This document shows, in pieces, positions 12,601 through 27,349 of a DNA stretch of 64,000 nucleotides. This DNA comes from Podarcis liolepis. Taxonomy: Eukaryota. A program made the translations under genes and the position numbers. The notes under the pieces were generated by a model. That model saw only the letters and a list, made by a program, of their open reading frames with translations, was not told the DNA's origin and made no database searches. The stretch lies in assembly GCA_965112155.1 (NCBI GenBank), contig OZ218099.1; one strand, written 5' to 3'. Position 1 is the first letter of the stretch. Each line of letters starts with the position of its first letter.

Positions 12601-15540
12601 TGTGTGTGATGCACATGTGCACAAAAAACAATGAGGATGGTTCAACAGAAACAAGCAATTGACAATATTGAAAGAATGACAGTGTGCTTACACAGCTAAC
12701 TAAAATTTGAACAGGCAGATAGATTTCCCACGGAAATCCGTTTCTTAGAGCCAGCAAAGGGGGATTGAAAATGGAATTCTGCCCATAAAGTTTCACACAT
12801 GCCTTCTGAATTAATCCCTAATGCGGTTTGCTTTTGTTCATGTTAAAGTAAGCTGAGATGGATACATTCTGTGTGCCAGTGTTCCAAACACAAAGAGATG
12901 TGAACAAGATTTTTTGTTTCCATCTAATAAACAAGAGTTGTACAAAATCTCACATCAGAAGCCAAAGGGGAGAAAAAACTGAGGGCTAGTTCAGCAGCTC
13001 AGGAGTGCGTGCTCATGTGAGCAAGCATGCAATATAAGCCAAGAGTTCATGGATCTTGGCTGCAAGAACATCTGCAATCTGGAAAGCACATTTTTCCAAA
13101 GTTCTCAGATTGGAGAAGTTGCCATGGTTAAGATCTATGAGCTTCTGACTCACATGACACAGTTTCTCATGCAAGTACACACCCAGAGACGGTGAGAAGG
13201 GCTCACACAAGCATGCGAGACAAATATCACCCAACCCGACTATGTGTCTGAGGCCACAAGAGAAATGAGATTGTGGTTCAGAGCAACCTGCCATTTAGAT
13301 CAGGAATATTCTAGGATGATTGGTGGGAAATCAAAACCACAGATACCAGCCAGGCTCCATTCTGAGTTGGCTGCAAATGTCATTGACGGTCTCTGCTGAG
13401 AGCATCTGAAATATTGAACTAAAAAGGCTCCAATTTTAAAATAAACAAAACCTGTAATAAAACAGATTTTTAAAATCTGAAATAAGTTCAATAAAACATT
13501 TTGTTGCAGATCTCACTGTTACAGCCCAAATTAATAGCCCAAACCTGAGCCTCCATGTCTATGCTACTCCTCAGACTACCAGATGCTGAGTTTCATTCTA
13601 TTAGCTTCTAGCTAACAGATGTTGCCGTTGCTTACGGGTAGCATCACTTTGAATGGCATCTGCACTTTCCAAATGAAGTTCCAGGGAAGCTTATCAGGGA
13701 CCCATGGCAAGATGATCTTTAAAAGAGGTCCAACCTTCTCCTGAAATTCAGTCACAGGGAAGCACAGAGTATGCCTGCATGGAGCCACTAGCCACTTAGT
13801 CTTCAGCTGCCTCCAACCAAATCTCCTGCAATGACATGTGCAAAGAGTCCTTGGCTGGCAAATCGAGGAAATGTTTCCCAGTGGGTAGGGAGTTTGAAAA
13901 CCATAGGGCTAAGTGGAACCAGCATCGCTTATTATGTGTCTTTATCATTCCCCCACAATGTTTTTGGATAACATCAGGCAGCAAAAAGCTCTGAATTGGA
14001 TTTGAATGCAAAAGTACATGTGACATGGGAGGTCCATGACTGGATCTCCAGACATCTTTTTAAGCTGAAAAGAAGACATAGGAGAATGCAAAAACTGGAT
14101 CTGGGCCATCACACTGAGGAAAGGTGGCTTAACCTCCAGTGCCATTTCCCTGATCAAAACTGTCCCCCAAGCTCACTTCTAGGCCCAGCAGGAACACAAG
14201 TACCTATCCTGTGCCCATTGCCTTCCCCCCTGGGGCTAACAGCAGTTCAGGAAGGTGAATTTCAGTCAGGAAAATGGCAAGGGGGGCAGGATTAAATTCC
14301 CTCTCCTTTTAAAAAAAACGTTGGAAAGCTAAATAAGGGATCTCCCTCTTCATCTGCAGTTTGCCCTGGTGTGCATCAAAAATGTGGAGAAGGGACAGGG
14401 CTAGGGTCAAGATGGAATGAAGGATACTAGGAAAGCTTGGGTGGGAAGGAGGAGGCTTATTCACAAAGCTGCAGCCTGGGAGCTGAGGAGGAAACGATGA
14501 ACCGCAAGTGGCTTGGAAAAAATGCACTGTGGGTGGTCTCTGGCTGCTTGTAGGCTCCAGCCCTGACCTGCTCTGCCCCAAACTGAGATGATCCCAGGCC
14601 CCGCCTCATGTAGTCAGGATCTGATCCCAAGGAACATAATGTGCTGGTACCAAAGAGAGGAATGCAGGCAGAAAACCCCACCAGGCTGCAAGTCTGAGGC
14701 CTAGCTCTCAGGGAAATAATAAACCTGTGTCATCTGGGCTGGGCTGCTTCACAGTGCAAATACGGGAGGAGACTTATATATTTCTCCTTCGTACAGAAGC
14801 AGGGAACAAGGGAGAGGAAAGTTATTGCTTACTCTTCTCACCAATGGTTTGGGGTTCTTGCTGTTCTGCAAGGAATTTTTGCTAGTATGAAAGGCCAGAT
14901 AATCAATAAGATTCCTCCCTCACCTGCAGGTTGAAGTGGCTTGGCGCAAACTAGGCTTGAATGGAAGTAACGGATGATAAATTTAGATTCCCAGTAGACT
15001 AGCTGTGAAGAAAGGGTGTGCACATAAGTCAGTACTGACCACAGGAGAAAATACCATCACTATGATGAAGAAAGATCAGTTTTAGGTGGGGGAAAGCCAC
15101 CCCTCCCCACAACTCTGCCTGAACAAGATAGCTATAACACCTTGTTTGTCTCTTAGGTCTGCTCTTTGAACAACCCTCACACTTGATTTATTCATTAACT
15201 CCTATCTCTTTTTTCCAACAGAAGATCTTAAGGTGGCTAATAAAATAAATATGCATGCAATACAATAGGCCAAGCAGGCCAGTGGAAGAGTATCTTCTAA
15301 ACTTTCTCCCATTCAGAGTAGCTGGCTTCTCCATGGACAATACAAAATGGCTGGCTGACCAGTGGAAATGGGTTTTCCTCTGCTAAGCTGCATGTAGCCC
15401 TAACTCTCTTCTCCTCATTATCCTAGGAATTTCAGCACCACTATTTCCACCCCCATCACCTCTTGTACCCAAGATCCAATTGAAGCTACAGAGTGGAGTA
15501 TGCAGAGACGTGAGTCCAATTCAGGTATCACTAGTAGTTA

Positions 15541-15886
15541 GGGTGGTGCTGTGAGTTAAACCACAGAGCCTAGGACTTGCCGCTGAGAAGGTTGGCGGTT
15601 CAAATCCCCGTGATGGGGTAAGCTCCCATTGCTCGGTCCCTGCTCCTGCCAACCTAGCAGTTCGAAAGCATGTTAAAGTGCAAGTAGATAAATAGGTACC
15701 ACTCCGGCGGGGAGGTAAAACGGCATTTCTGTGCACTGCTCTGGTTCACCAGAAGCAGCTTAGTCATGCTGGCCACATGACCCGGAAGCTGTACGCCAGC
15801 TCCATCGGCCAATAAAGCAAGATGAGCACCACAACCCCAGAGTCGGTCACAACTGGACCTAATGGTCAGGGGTCCCTTTACCTTTA
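15541..15886 (+). mobile_element. Sauria SINE
   Basis: tRNA-derived head (GGTTCAAATCCC B box), typical body and (ACCTTT)n tail. Confidence 0.9.
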
Positions 15887-18800
15887 TAGCTAGATCCTAT
15901 AATGTGCTGATGATAGAATCACTTGGGATATAGGTGTAAAGAATAGGAGGAGGAAGCTTTTAGATCAGCTGTTTGCTCACAAGAAAGCTGTTCAGCCAGG
16001 TAAAGAAGGGCAGGGCTGGAGAGATGCCACAAGGTTCCAGACCCTCCTGGTGGCTTATAAGCCTCAGAGGGAGCCACAGGAAAGGAGAGAGGGGAAAGCT
16101 CCCCTGTGTGTCTGGCTACTTCCATTACTTAGCAAAGTAGCAGGATTGCCTGGTGATGGTCCCTGCAGAAGTCAGGAGCTATAGATTCCTGGGACCACAG
16201 AAATTGTGCTACTGCACACCCCTCAGGTAGAGGAGTACCAATGAGGATGATTCCGTTATCCAAGCATTCCTAGTGTGATGAAGGATCCAGCAACAGGAGA
16301 GGAGCAAATACATAAACATCGGGGGGGGGGGGTGCAACAGACATAAAATGGTGCTAATTTTCAGCATGCAGAAGCTTTTCAACACTGATTAAATGAAAGA
16401 GGCCTAGGGACCATCCCTGGCCCCAGATAATGAGTGTCCCTGGCTCAGCTTCGGGGGCTGCTAGATACACTGACAAGTTACCAGCTCAGGCAGCAACAGC
16501 TCCACTGGAGGAAAAACTATGGAAAAGGAAACAGGCCAGCCAAGTCTTCCTCCACCGGATACATGGGCCATGGAGCTCCAGCCAGAGCCCTTGCCTGCCA
16601 GATGTTCACAGCTGGGCGTATGTCCCCATTGGCTCATCTACACAACCTGCCAAAATCTGGATTTTCCATTCCCAGCAGTAAAAGAAGATAAATTCCAGGG
16701 CAACCCCCGAGCCAATGATGTCAAACCTGTAAGCACCACCTACTGCTGCTGCATGTTATTGAATCTCCTTCCCTGAGCACAGGTGACCTCCCGGGTGACC
16801 TGTCCATGGTGCTGAACAAAAAGTGGTGCAGCCCATGGGAACCATCCTAATATTAGAAGCAGGTGGAAAGCTGACTCAGAACCAGCAAGAAGCCAATTTG
16901 TCTGCAGTGGCTGCCTGGAACAACTGCACAAACAGGCACCCCAATGCAGAGAGATGTGCAAAACACAACACAGAGTCTCACCAAACACAGAATCATTCAC
17001 CTCATTCCAGAACTAGAAAATATTCCAGTTTCCTCAGAAGCCAAATACAAAAAAACATTAACTTATCCGTACTGTCTAAACAGATAAAACCCTCCAGTAT
17101 AAAGCAATGATAACAAACTGTTCTGGGAGAATATGAAGGGGAAAGCTGGTGACTTTTGGATTAGAGAATCAACCACCACTGCAGAGAAAATGAACGTTGT
17201 CCTGGTGAGTACAAATGTATGAGTGGAAAGTCAAGGTCCAAGTCAGCAGTAGGAGGTCCATCTTGTCATCTGTTCTAAGCAGCAGCAAGTGCCATTATGA
17301 GGAACCTGAACAGGTAATTTCCCACCATGTTATTATTAATAATAAAAATGGAATGGAATGGGCAGGAAGCCATGTGCAAGGAATTCTGCTTATTCAAAGG
17401 GGCTTTCCCCACTCTCCTTCCCCCATGAGCCCCAATGCCCCATGAAATTGGCTCAGTGGGGCGCAGAAGAACCCCCAGAGCAGGAGGGGGGTCATTTTAT
17501 CTGACAAGCAGAAATGCTTGCACTAACAGAATGTTTGATATACCACAACACTGAACATTTCCCAGAATTACATGCATTTCAGCAAGTAGTATAAGCTAGT
17601 CTTGGGTATGATTTTGTCCATTCTGCTAAATTTTATTTTGTTTCTCTTGCTGCTTCTGCTATTTCATTTCTGTGATGCTCTGTATTTCTACTGGTTTTTA
17701 TTATATGTTGCCCTGAGGGTTTTTACTGAAGGGCAGCACAGACATTTTCAAAATAAAGAAACTGCATGGTGGTGATGATAGTTAATAACAGCAGCAGCAG
17801 CAGCAGCAAATTATATCCATCATGAACTTCCAATATACATGACAAGTGAGGGTTTCAGAAGCTAAAACAGATAGGCCCCCATCCCCAAGGAGCTTACAAT
17901 CTACATTTCAATAGTGAGGAAGCATCAGTAGGGGAGAAGAGACAAAAGCCACAAGGAAACACATACGACACCTCTTGATATTTTACAGCTTGCCTTTTGA
18001 AAGATGCCTTTTCAGTCATGGCACTGCAGTGGAAAGCTATAGGCACTCACAAGCTATAGGCACACTTCATCCCAGCCACATGAGCATATTGATGCAGTGA
18101 GTTACACTTAGAAAAGGCAAATGAAGCAGTGAAGTTTTTGTTTGGAAGCCTCTCAAGCTTACCCCCATGTGTCTGTTATATAGCTGGAAAATGCAACACT
18201 CTGCCCAGTACAAGAAAAGCAGAATATTTGATTGCAGTGGACAACAGTTTATGAAGCACTGTTCCGTATAAACACATGTCTATCCATGCCTTTCTCTCTC
18301 CCACACAATAGAGGTTAGAAGAGCCCTGTGTGGCCAGCTAGCACATAATTTTCAATCCTTTCATCCATCTCTGGAATCCTTTGGCCCTGTGACTGCCAAT
18401 TGAAACCCACTGCCAAGAGTGGCTAGCAACAATTAACGTATATCTGGTGTTTGACACGCCTGGTTGCCTTTCTAATTGCCAGTGCCAGAAATACATAGAG
18501 ATACTGGGGTGCGGAGCAAGACCACTGTCTTAGTTCTTAACATTCACCTTAGTGCTGGTTTCAGTTTAGTATTGGAAGCCCAGGCTGCGTGTCATTCTCT
18601 TAGTTCTATGATTATGATTGTGGGGAAATCATAGAGTTATGGGGCTGGGGCTGGAGCACCGGCTTTGCATGCAGAAGGTCCCAGGTTCAAACATCACCAG
18701 GTAAGGGGCTGGGAAAGACTCCCATCTGAAAACTCAGGAGAGCCACTATTAGGCAGTCTAGACAATTTTGAATGAGATGGGCCAGCAGTTTGACTACGGT

Positions 18801-19297
18801 AGAAGATAGCTTCCTACATTCAGCTGAGATGGCCTAGTTTTGGCAGACCTTAGTACTGGACACGACTAAACAACAACAGTACTGGCATTTGCAGCCACCA
18901 ATGTCACCTTAAGTCTTGCCATACTGGGACATATCTGGCAGGCAGCAGTACTTGCAATCCTGTGTGGCATCCTGTGCAGGCTACATTATATGACCTGATG
19001 TCCTGTTGACCCCCTTTCAGAGAAAGTTGTGGTTGAAACTGCATGCTTTTGAGTATTAGCTGTCCAGGAATGAGGCCAAAGAACAGAATGCAAGCAGCTG
19101 TGTACATTCTTGACTCCAAGGTATTTGCCCCAGCCCTTGTTCTCAACCATAACTTTGTATACAATGAATCAAAACAAACAAAGATTTTTAAATAAAAAAC
19201 AAAATGAAATTCTGCAACAAGAAGACCCATGTTGGGTGATTTGGAATAAATTATGCAGCCTGCTTCCAGATAGATAGATAAGATTGCAGCCATTACT

Positions 19298-19385
19298 AAT
19301 CCTACTCAGAGTAAACTCACTGAAATTAATTAACATGACTAATTTAGGCCCGTTAATTTCAGTGAGGACTCTGAGTAGGCCTAGC
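19298..19385. repeat. Short palindromic MITE-like hairpin
   Basis: CCTACTCAGAGT..CTCACTGAAATTAA / TTAATTTCAGTGAG.ACTCTGAGTAGG inverted arms. Confidence 0.6.
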
Positions 19386-20000
19386 ACTCGATACAGCCTA
19401 TAGAGGTATATGTATGTGTGTGTGTGTCTCTGTGTACACACGGGGGGGGGGGAGAGGGAGAGAGCAAGAGAGTTATGTGCTTTGGGATAGCAATACAGAA
19501 ATCATTTAGGCTTTCTCTGCATTTCAAAACTAGAATTTGTGGGGGGAAATGGGGCAAATGTAGGTTGGAGAGTTATGAAAAATGGGGAGAGGTGAACTGT
19601 AGGACCAGTAAAACAGTAATCACCAAGGAAGAACCAAGAGATGCTGAGCAAATTTAAGTCCCACCCTGGGACCACCAAAAACCCCACTCAGCTCAGATAT
19701 AGCTTGTGGTAATTCACAAAAGTTATCAGCAAACACCAGAACTGAAATAACTCCTATGTGTTTCTAGAAGCTGAGCCTGTCTGGATGCTAAAATCTAAGC
19801 CAGATACTCTGCTGGTCTGGCAATCTTGCAAAAGTGAAATGCATGTTGAACAATTGAATAAAGAATCTCTCCCCTTCCCTGTAGAAACAACAACATTAAC
19901 AGCAATATTCCATTTTCAAAGTGTTCCTCACAATCACAAAATGTGGTCTTTACATCAACTCTGTAAGGTAGGTCATAGCATTAAGGTAGGTCAGCGTTAC

Positions 20001-20396
20001 CGGGCATTTTTGGCCACAACTGGAAAGAAGAAGTCCCAGCAAAGGAAGAATGGATGCAAAAACTTATGGAATATGCAGAAATGGTGAAAGAATAAGAAAT
20101 CAAGAAAACAAACTTTTTATAAAAGAATGGAAATGGTTTATTTAATATTTACAGATCAATTGTAAACAGATATAAACATTGGCAGGATTATTGTAATAAC
20201 CTGCAGCTACATAAGTGTGTTTGTGTATGAGATAAATAAATGAGTAAGTTAAGTTAATTTGGATATGCAGAAGATATTAAAAATAAATTTAAGGAATCGC
20301 AGAAAGAGGGGGAAGGAAGTCAAGTTTTAAAATGTCAAAATGATTGTAAAATCAGTGAAATGTATATATTTGAAAAGTATAAATAATTTTATTTTT
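20001..20396 (+). mobile_element. L1-like LINE 3' fragment
   Basis: WKEEVPAKEEWMQKLMEYAEM-type peptide, A-rich sequence, 20-bp TSD TTAAGGTAGGTCAGC(G/A)TTAC. Confidence 0.7.
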
Positions 20397-21100
20397 TTAA
20401 GGTAGGTCAGCATTACTGTTCCCATGTTACAAAACCAAACAAGTCCATGGCAGAGGCAAAATATGAACTGGGTCTTCCTGTTTCACAGCTCAGTCTTTTA
20501 GCCATTATGCACCACTTTCTCTCCCTAAAAGCCCTTCCCGGTTTCCTCCACCTGCACTTCTTGACTGCCTATTTATTTTCATGTTCTTCTCTGCAATCAC
20601 AAGAGCTAGAAACTTATGCTTTTTAAAACTCAAAACCAAACATTCTCAGGATGCTGTATCCTGCATCAATCTCCATGTATAATCATTAGAGGGCTTCCAG
20701 ATGATTTATTCCCATGAGTCACTATGGCAGGAGTGCTGAAGTGAAACAAACATTGCTTTTCCAGTGCCAATTTGTGTGTGCAGATCAGTGAGTTTGAGTA
20801 ACATCAGCCCATCATTCTTTTTTCCTTTGCTTTTTAAATAAAAGTGGGCAGGTTCTAGAAAAACTGAAGTTTTGATAGTGGGATACAAAATGCCTTGTCG
20901 TAGAGGTGCTCCCTGTTATTAGGGCTACTATTTTGAACTATGATAGACTTTTAGGCATAGTGATAGCCCTCCCTTTCTCCTACCCTCACATACTTGCACT
21001 GCTGGCCCACAGAACAAGGATAACCCCCCCACTCCCCTGCCTGAACATGTGGTTTGTGAGAGACACATGCACAGTGAACAAGAGGTTGGGTGAGACAAGA

Positions 21101-21237
21101 CAGGGAAGGGGAGCCTGTGGGCCTTCCAGATGTGGCTGGACTACAACTGACACCCCCCCGACCACTGGACATGCAGGCTGGGATGGATGGGAGTTGCAGT
21201 CCAGCAACATCTGGAGGGCACCACACAGTGTGCCCTG
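21101..21237. mobile_element. Palindromic hAT MITE
   Basis: CCAGATGT...ACTACAACT...GAGTTGCAGTCC...ACATCTGG inverted arms. Confidence 0.7.
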
Positions 21238-22107
21238 AACAAGATGATCTCAAGGTCCCTTCCTGCTCTATCATTCCTTGATTAAAAGTCCTGGCAGCAC
21301 TGCCAGTGCTCTGCAAAATGTTCCTATATATAGTGCTTGAGACAGTGGAAATTAGAAGGAGGTGGAATAAGCAGCATCAGTCCTCAGTGATTATATGTTT
21401 GGTGGAAATACAATGGTGATTGACAAAAAGAGATACATTCATCCAAATCACACAGAGACCAAGCACGTATGACTATCTATCTCTGCTCTTGTCCACTATT
21501 TGATGCCCGCAAGCTTGTTGCTACATGCATGCAGACAAAGCACATCTCCTGGCAACTGTCCTCTAGAGCCGTCCCTCAATCCCTGTGGCACTTCAGGTGC
21601 AGACGCCTCTCATTTTTTCTCCATCATGTCTAAACAAGTCTCAGACGAGCTTGGAATGAAGCTGTAGATGTTTCTTGGGCTCAAATGTCTTGGGCCTTTC
21701 TGCTTTTGATGCTCATTCAGCTCTGGTTAAAGAGAACAGAGCTGTTTTGTCCAGCTCTGGGTCCAGCTGCCAAGCCATTATAAAGCATCAAGATCTCATA
21801 CTATCAGTCTTCTCTTCCCTTCTGTAGTTGTCCTAGACCCCTGTCAGAACTTGCTCAAGGGGCCAGGAGTATCTTGCATTCCCCTAGCAAATGTTTGACA
21901 TGATGATGTTAACACTACCGAGCATCAACAATGGCCATGAGGGTGATCAAACGCATTTGCCGGCTCTTTGCTGCATTTCCAGACATCTGTGACATGAATG
22001 AGAAACTGTTTGTTTAATACTCACTGCACAGACAGACATCCGATGTCACATACATCAGTGCCTGAGTGGCGGGGGATGCAGGTCAGTGTGTGCCTGCTCT
22101 GAACAGT

Positions 22108-22486
22108 GGCACGGGTGGTGCTGGGGTCTAAACCACTGAGCCTCTTGGGCTTGCCAATCGGAAGGTTGGCAGTGCAAATCCCTGTGATGGGGTGCGCTCC
22201 CATTGCTCTGTCCCAGCTCCTGCCAACCTAGCAGTTTGAAAGCATGCCAGAGCAAGTAGACAAATAGGTACCGCTGCGGCAGGAAGGTAAATGGCGTTTC
22301 TGTGCCCTGGCACTCGTCACGGTCCTCTGTGCACCAGTAGCAGTTTAGTCATGCTGGCCACATGACCCGGAAAACTGTCTGTGGACAAATGCCTGCTCCC
22401 TCGGCCTGAAAGTGAGATGAGCGCTGCAACCCCAGAGTTGCCTTTGACTGGACTTAACCATCCAGGGGTCCTTTACCTGTACTTTT
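22108..22486 (+). mobile_element. Sauria SINE (different subfamily)
   Basis: Same head, body and tail with diagnostic insertions. Confidence 0.88.
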
Positions 22487-24123
22487 TAAATATGTATATG
22501 CACTCACCTGTTGGAGAGAGAGAGAATTATTGGGTCACAGTAAAGTGATTTTTTTTTTTAGGGGGGCACTGAAACAGTTCCTTGCCAAGGCCACAAAGGA
22601 CTCTACACCTCTTTGTAAACATCAATTTCTCTATGGCACCACAAGCTATTATCTTGGCAGTTTGCATGGACAGGGCAGAAACTTGTGTCATGTGCTGCAT
22701 CCCACATGGAGTGATCGTTAAGCTTCGAATTTTACTGCTGATGCAGTAAAAATCCAGCCCCATCCTAAAAGCAGTAAAAGATCGTCATTTGGTGGATCAC
22801 TGCCATTTTGTCTTCTCTGAGCATGCTCAGTTACGCTCACTGGACAGGCTTTGTTTTCACCACTCACCATCAATGAAGGCAAGTGCAGAACCAACAGAGC
22901 CTTTTCTTCAGGCAGATCAAGATAACCAAGTGACAGCAAAAAATGGGAAAAATTTAGCAGGGGCAATTAGACTAAGATATATTACTTGATTACAGGTATT
23001 GATGAAAACCTCTAGAATGTATTTTGTATAGCTAAGCCTTTATCTGTATCTTCGGCTCATTGTATTTTATTTTATTGCTATGGCTAGTGGCTGATGCAAC
23101 TAAAGATTCTTCTGATCTGAACCAACAGGGACTCGCTCAGCACCAGGCATCCCGTGGTGAAACACACCAGCCCTTCCAGAACAGGCCACACAAACGTAGC
23201 CTGAAACATGTTCCTGCATCCATGTGTGGGTGAAAAGAACTTTTTTTGTACTTGCCACAGCAGTTTGGCACAAGGGTACAATAAGCTTCTGAGCTGCACA
23301 AGCCACCTTTGCTCATTCAAGATCTTGCTCAAAAGCTTGCATGCACTTCTAGTCACAGAAGGCTGTTATGTAAAAACTACCACCTTGCCCTTGGCCTTGC
23401 CCAATATTTCCTTCTTTTTTCTTTTGCAATGCTTAGTGTTTGTATACCTAGAGGTATCTTGCCATTTACAAGATTGCATAGATCCCCATGCTGATCCCTG
23501 CAGGTGTCATATCAAGCCTTGTGCAAAATCAGCACAGGTTGCAGCAAACCTGTTTTCTAGACGGTACTGCTGCTACTTGTTTCACGCCAGGAATAACACT
23601 TAGCATTTGCACAAAGACTCTGTTTTCAAAGTGTTTTACATTTACTACCTGAATGAATATTACAATAGTACAGAATACAGATGCTAGACTGCTAGAGGCA
23701 CGACAAGCACTTTGTGGTGGAGCTTTTTCAGCTGCACTGGCTTCTGCTGCATTTCTGAGCCCAGTTTCAAGGGCTGCTCCTAACTTTCAAAGCTCTTCAA
23801 GGGGTCACAGTATGTGGAAGTGGCCAGACTCCACCAGTGCCTGTCCAAACTCAGAAGCCCTTTTCCAGCTTACCATGTCATCTGAGGTGTGGTGGGTGGC
23901 TACCAGGAAAAGGGCCTTTTCAGTTGTGACAACACCCTCCCCCCCCCCCAAGTTTTGGAATGTTCTCCACAGCAAGGCTGCCAGGGAACAATATTCTTCA
24001 CCCCAAACAGGTTTTTAAAGTTTTGTTTATCTGCTTTATATGGATACTGTCTTTATAGAGTGGCTATGTTACTTAAGGCATAATCACAATGGTGTATCTA
24101 AAGGGCAGAGTATAAATTTAAAC

Positions 24124-24401
24124 AAGGGGTGGGGAACCTCCAGTCCGTGGGACAATTTGGGACACCAGAGGGTCCAAGTTGGTCCACAAGACCATTTTCC
24201 CCAAACCACAGGGTGCAAACAGCTGATGGGTGAAGGGCAGGGTTCAGTCCTATTGGATGCCACTTTGCCAGAGAGCTCCCTGTGGGGTACATGCTGATGA
24301 AGTAGATCCCTTCCCCCACAAGTCAACTTTGACAGGTGAGTTGGCCCACAGGAGCTGGTGGGGAGATAAAGATCTATGGCCAACAAGGTACCCTGCCCCT
24401 G
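24124..24401. mobile_element. hAT MITE (about 280 bp)
   Basis: Degenerate TIRs; TSD ATTTAAAC / ATCTAAAC. Confidence 0.65.
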
Positions 24402-25152
24402 ATCTAAACAAACTAACAAGCATAGTTTGTAAGGTAGGTCTCCTTAGATAGCTACTTACACTGGGGTAAGCAGATGCCATAAAACTCCTTTTCTATGAGA
24501 AACTGGTGCAAAAACAATGTGATCATAGCATTGCTTGTCACTCTGAGGTTTGGCTGGGTTGTTCTAAAGAGAAAAGTAGTTGCTCTAAATAAGCAATGAA
24601 AATAAGTAAGTAAATAAATATCAAGAAATGTACACTTGAATATTTGTGTGTGCATGTGTGAGAGAGAGATACAGAGAGAACATTATCCAAATGTGTCCAT
24701 TTCCCATCTGTATTTGCCCATCTCTTTGTGTGTGAGGGTCGCCTTCTACGCAGGGTAGATACAAGAGTGTATACTTTGCTGCACAGTGTTTATCTAAGCC
24801 CCTCGCTGTGGGTGCCTGTCTGCGCTATTCATCTTCATGGGTGGCTGTGAGAAAGGCAAACTGCACAGCTTGCCCCACACACCCTGGAGCCCCATCCAAT
24901 CTCCCTTGCAAGCCTTCTTCCTCCAGCCCATCTATAAGTAAGATCTTAGGAACACTGGTGGTTCTGTGGTTCATAGATTCCTGCTTATTAACTTATTTCA
25001 TTTCATTAACAAACACTTCTCACCCCCCACCTTTTCTACACAGCAATCTTCATGGCAGCTGACATAAGAATTAAGAAATGCAATTTGGGGGGAAATATAA
25101 CACATTTTTATAAACATACACATAAGGCTGGCCTTAAATAACAAAGATAAAT

Positions 25153-25195
25153 TAGAGAGATAGAGAGATAGATGGATAGAGAGATAGATGGATAG

Positions 25196-25241
<46 letters not shown>
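25153..25241. repeat. (GATA)n microsatellite
   Basis: Read directly. Confidence 0.9.
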
Positions 25242-27214
25242 CAGAACTATGCAGCAGGTAGAAATAATAGGGCAGGGACACAATTTCTATGCAATCACCC
25301 ACCAAACACTCATGCAATCAAAATATATTTTAAGTTGATGCTAAGAGAAAGAAGAGTAAGCAACCAGCCTAATACCTCCAAGGAAGGAATTTCACAAGAG
25401 GCAATATCCTGCTGTTGGCAACTACCTGCCTCACTCCCCAAGGCAGGGATACGCAGAGAGCAGGGACTTAGACGATGAACACAGCAAACAGGCTGGTTCA
25501 TGCAGGAGAAGAACCTCAGTCCTCGGCTGTGTGGGTCTTTACAGATCAACACCAGCAATTTAAATGGAACCAACAAACAAACTGGGGGCAATTGAGGATC
25601 AGGGCAGAACTTGGTTGGGGGCAGAAGTCCAGGGCCCTACTCGCCCCACCCCCAAACACAGCAGGGCTGACTTACTGCATCATCTAAAAGGGAACCCCAC
25701 CCCACACGCATAGCCCACAGAAAACCATTAAGTCCAGAATCTAAAACTACCAAACTTAACACAAGTGGTGAAGATATTTAACAAGATATTTTAAGGTATT
25801 TAACAAGTCTCATTTTATAACCTGCCCCCTGTATTCTGAGCAACTTTAAATTTATGGACCTTGCTATATCCAATACAATCCTGCAGCCATTTGCATGATA
25901 GCTGCAAAAGTTCTCCATGGCATGCATGTGTACCAACATATATTTTAAAGTATGCATTCTAGGTGCTACGTCATATTTTAAGCATGAATTGCATAAGAAC
26001 AATGTAGCCTAACACAATGAAGCTTAAGGTGTGGCCTTGGGAAAGTGATCCGATTTATATGGAAATGGCTGGAATGATGAGCACGAGCACTTCACAACTG
26101 CAAAAGTTTGTTGCAGGCACCATCTGTATGTACTAATAATGATCTGTTCACAATGTGCTGGTCCTTCTGTAGCCACACCAGTGCCATCCATGCACAAGTT
26201 GGAGCTAACAACAGGCTTGAGAGAAACACACTGTTTGCAGAAGCACAAAAAGAAAATATTTTGAGGGATGCTGTTCTTTGGAGCAGAGGATGGAGCATGC
26301 TCTGTAGGCTCAAAATGCTAAATGAGTGTTTGGGATCAAGGTATTTTAAGTATATGTTACTACCGAGAAGGTCTGGAGGTCCACAATGATGGGATAACAT
26401 TAGGACTGCAACTCTATTAAATACATTTTAATCAATCAATAGTATGCATTATGTTAAATTAAGGTTGGTTAATCCATCAATTATATTTGTATGTATTAAC
26501 ATGTGGATAGTTTCTGAAGCAAGAATCACACTTTCTTTGTATTTAGGCACAAATGCACATGCCAGCATCAGGCAGCATCTTAGAAGAGGGATTCATAAGC
26601 ACTTGTACTAAAAATGATAATGTGTTCATTAAAAATCCACTGGCCCTATTAATTGTGGCACCTTTAAAGTCAAATTGTATTTTCTTTTTTTAACCAACCA
26701 AATTTTCTAACTGAATACTTTGAACACTAAAAAGTGATATATAAATATTTACCATCATCATACTGTGGGCAAGCACCCTGGGTGCGCCCTGGGATTATGT
26801 GCATTGCAGCTTGGAAAGGGACGCAAACACCGAGGCAGGAATTGGATCCATACTGGCAGGTGGCGCCTTCCTCCTTTGCACCAGCCAAAACACGACGGAG
26901 ATAAACCTCCCTCGACAGAGGACTCTCCCGGAATGAAGGTGCGCGGGATAAATGGCCCTCGCTGTGGTCCCTCCGTCATCTCGGTGGGGCTTGGGGGGGG
27001 GGGCTTCTGCTTTACTCCGAGACGGTTTCCCCTGCATGGATTTTCGGAGGGAGGTGTCCTGGGTCTCCGATGCCTGTGAATACCTAAAATCCACACATCC
27101 TCACACGCCTGCGGGAACCCCTCAAACGGCGCAGGGCTCTCTGCTGGCTCACCTGTGGAACAGGTGGCTGGTGATGGGGTGGAAGGAGGCGCCATGGAAT
27201 AGGGAGATAATAGA

Positions 27215-27349
27215 ATAATATATCGTAGAGTTGGAAGGGAGGGACCACGAGGGTCATCTAGTCCACCCCCTGCAATGCAGGAATCCAGTGTGGGGCTCGA
27301 ACCCAGGACCCTGAAATGAAGTGTCTCCTGCTCTCAGCTTGAGCTATCA
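27215..27349 (-). mobile_element. tRNA-derived SINE with CR1-type tail
   Basis: Minus strand TAGCTCAAG...GGGTTCGAGCCCCAC head joined to a GGACTAGATGACCCTC...TTCCAACTCTA tail. Confidence 0.65.

Noticed and set aside
27285-27349. tRNA gene
   Set aside because: Degenerate cloverleaf joined to a CR1-type tail; it is a SINE head.
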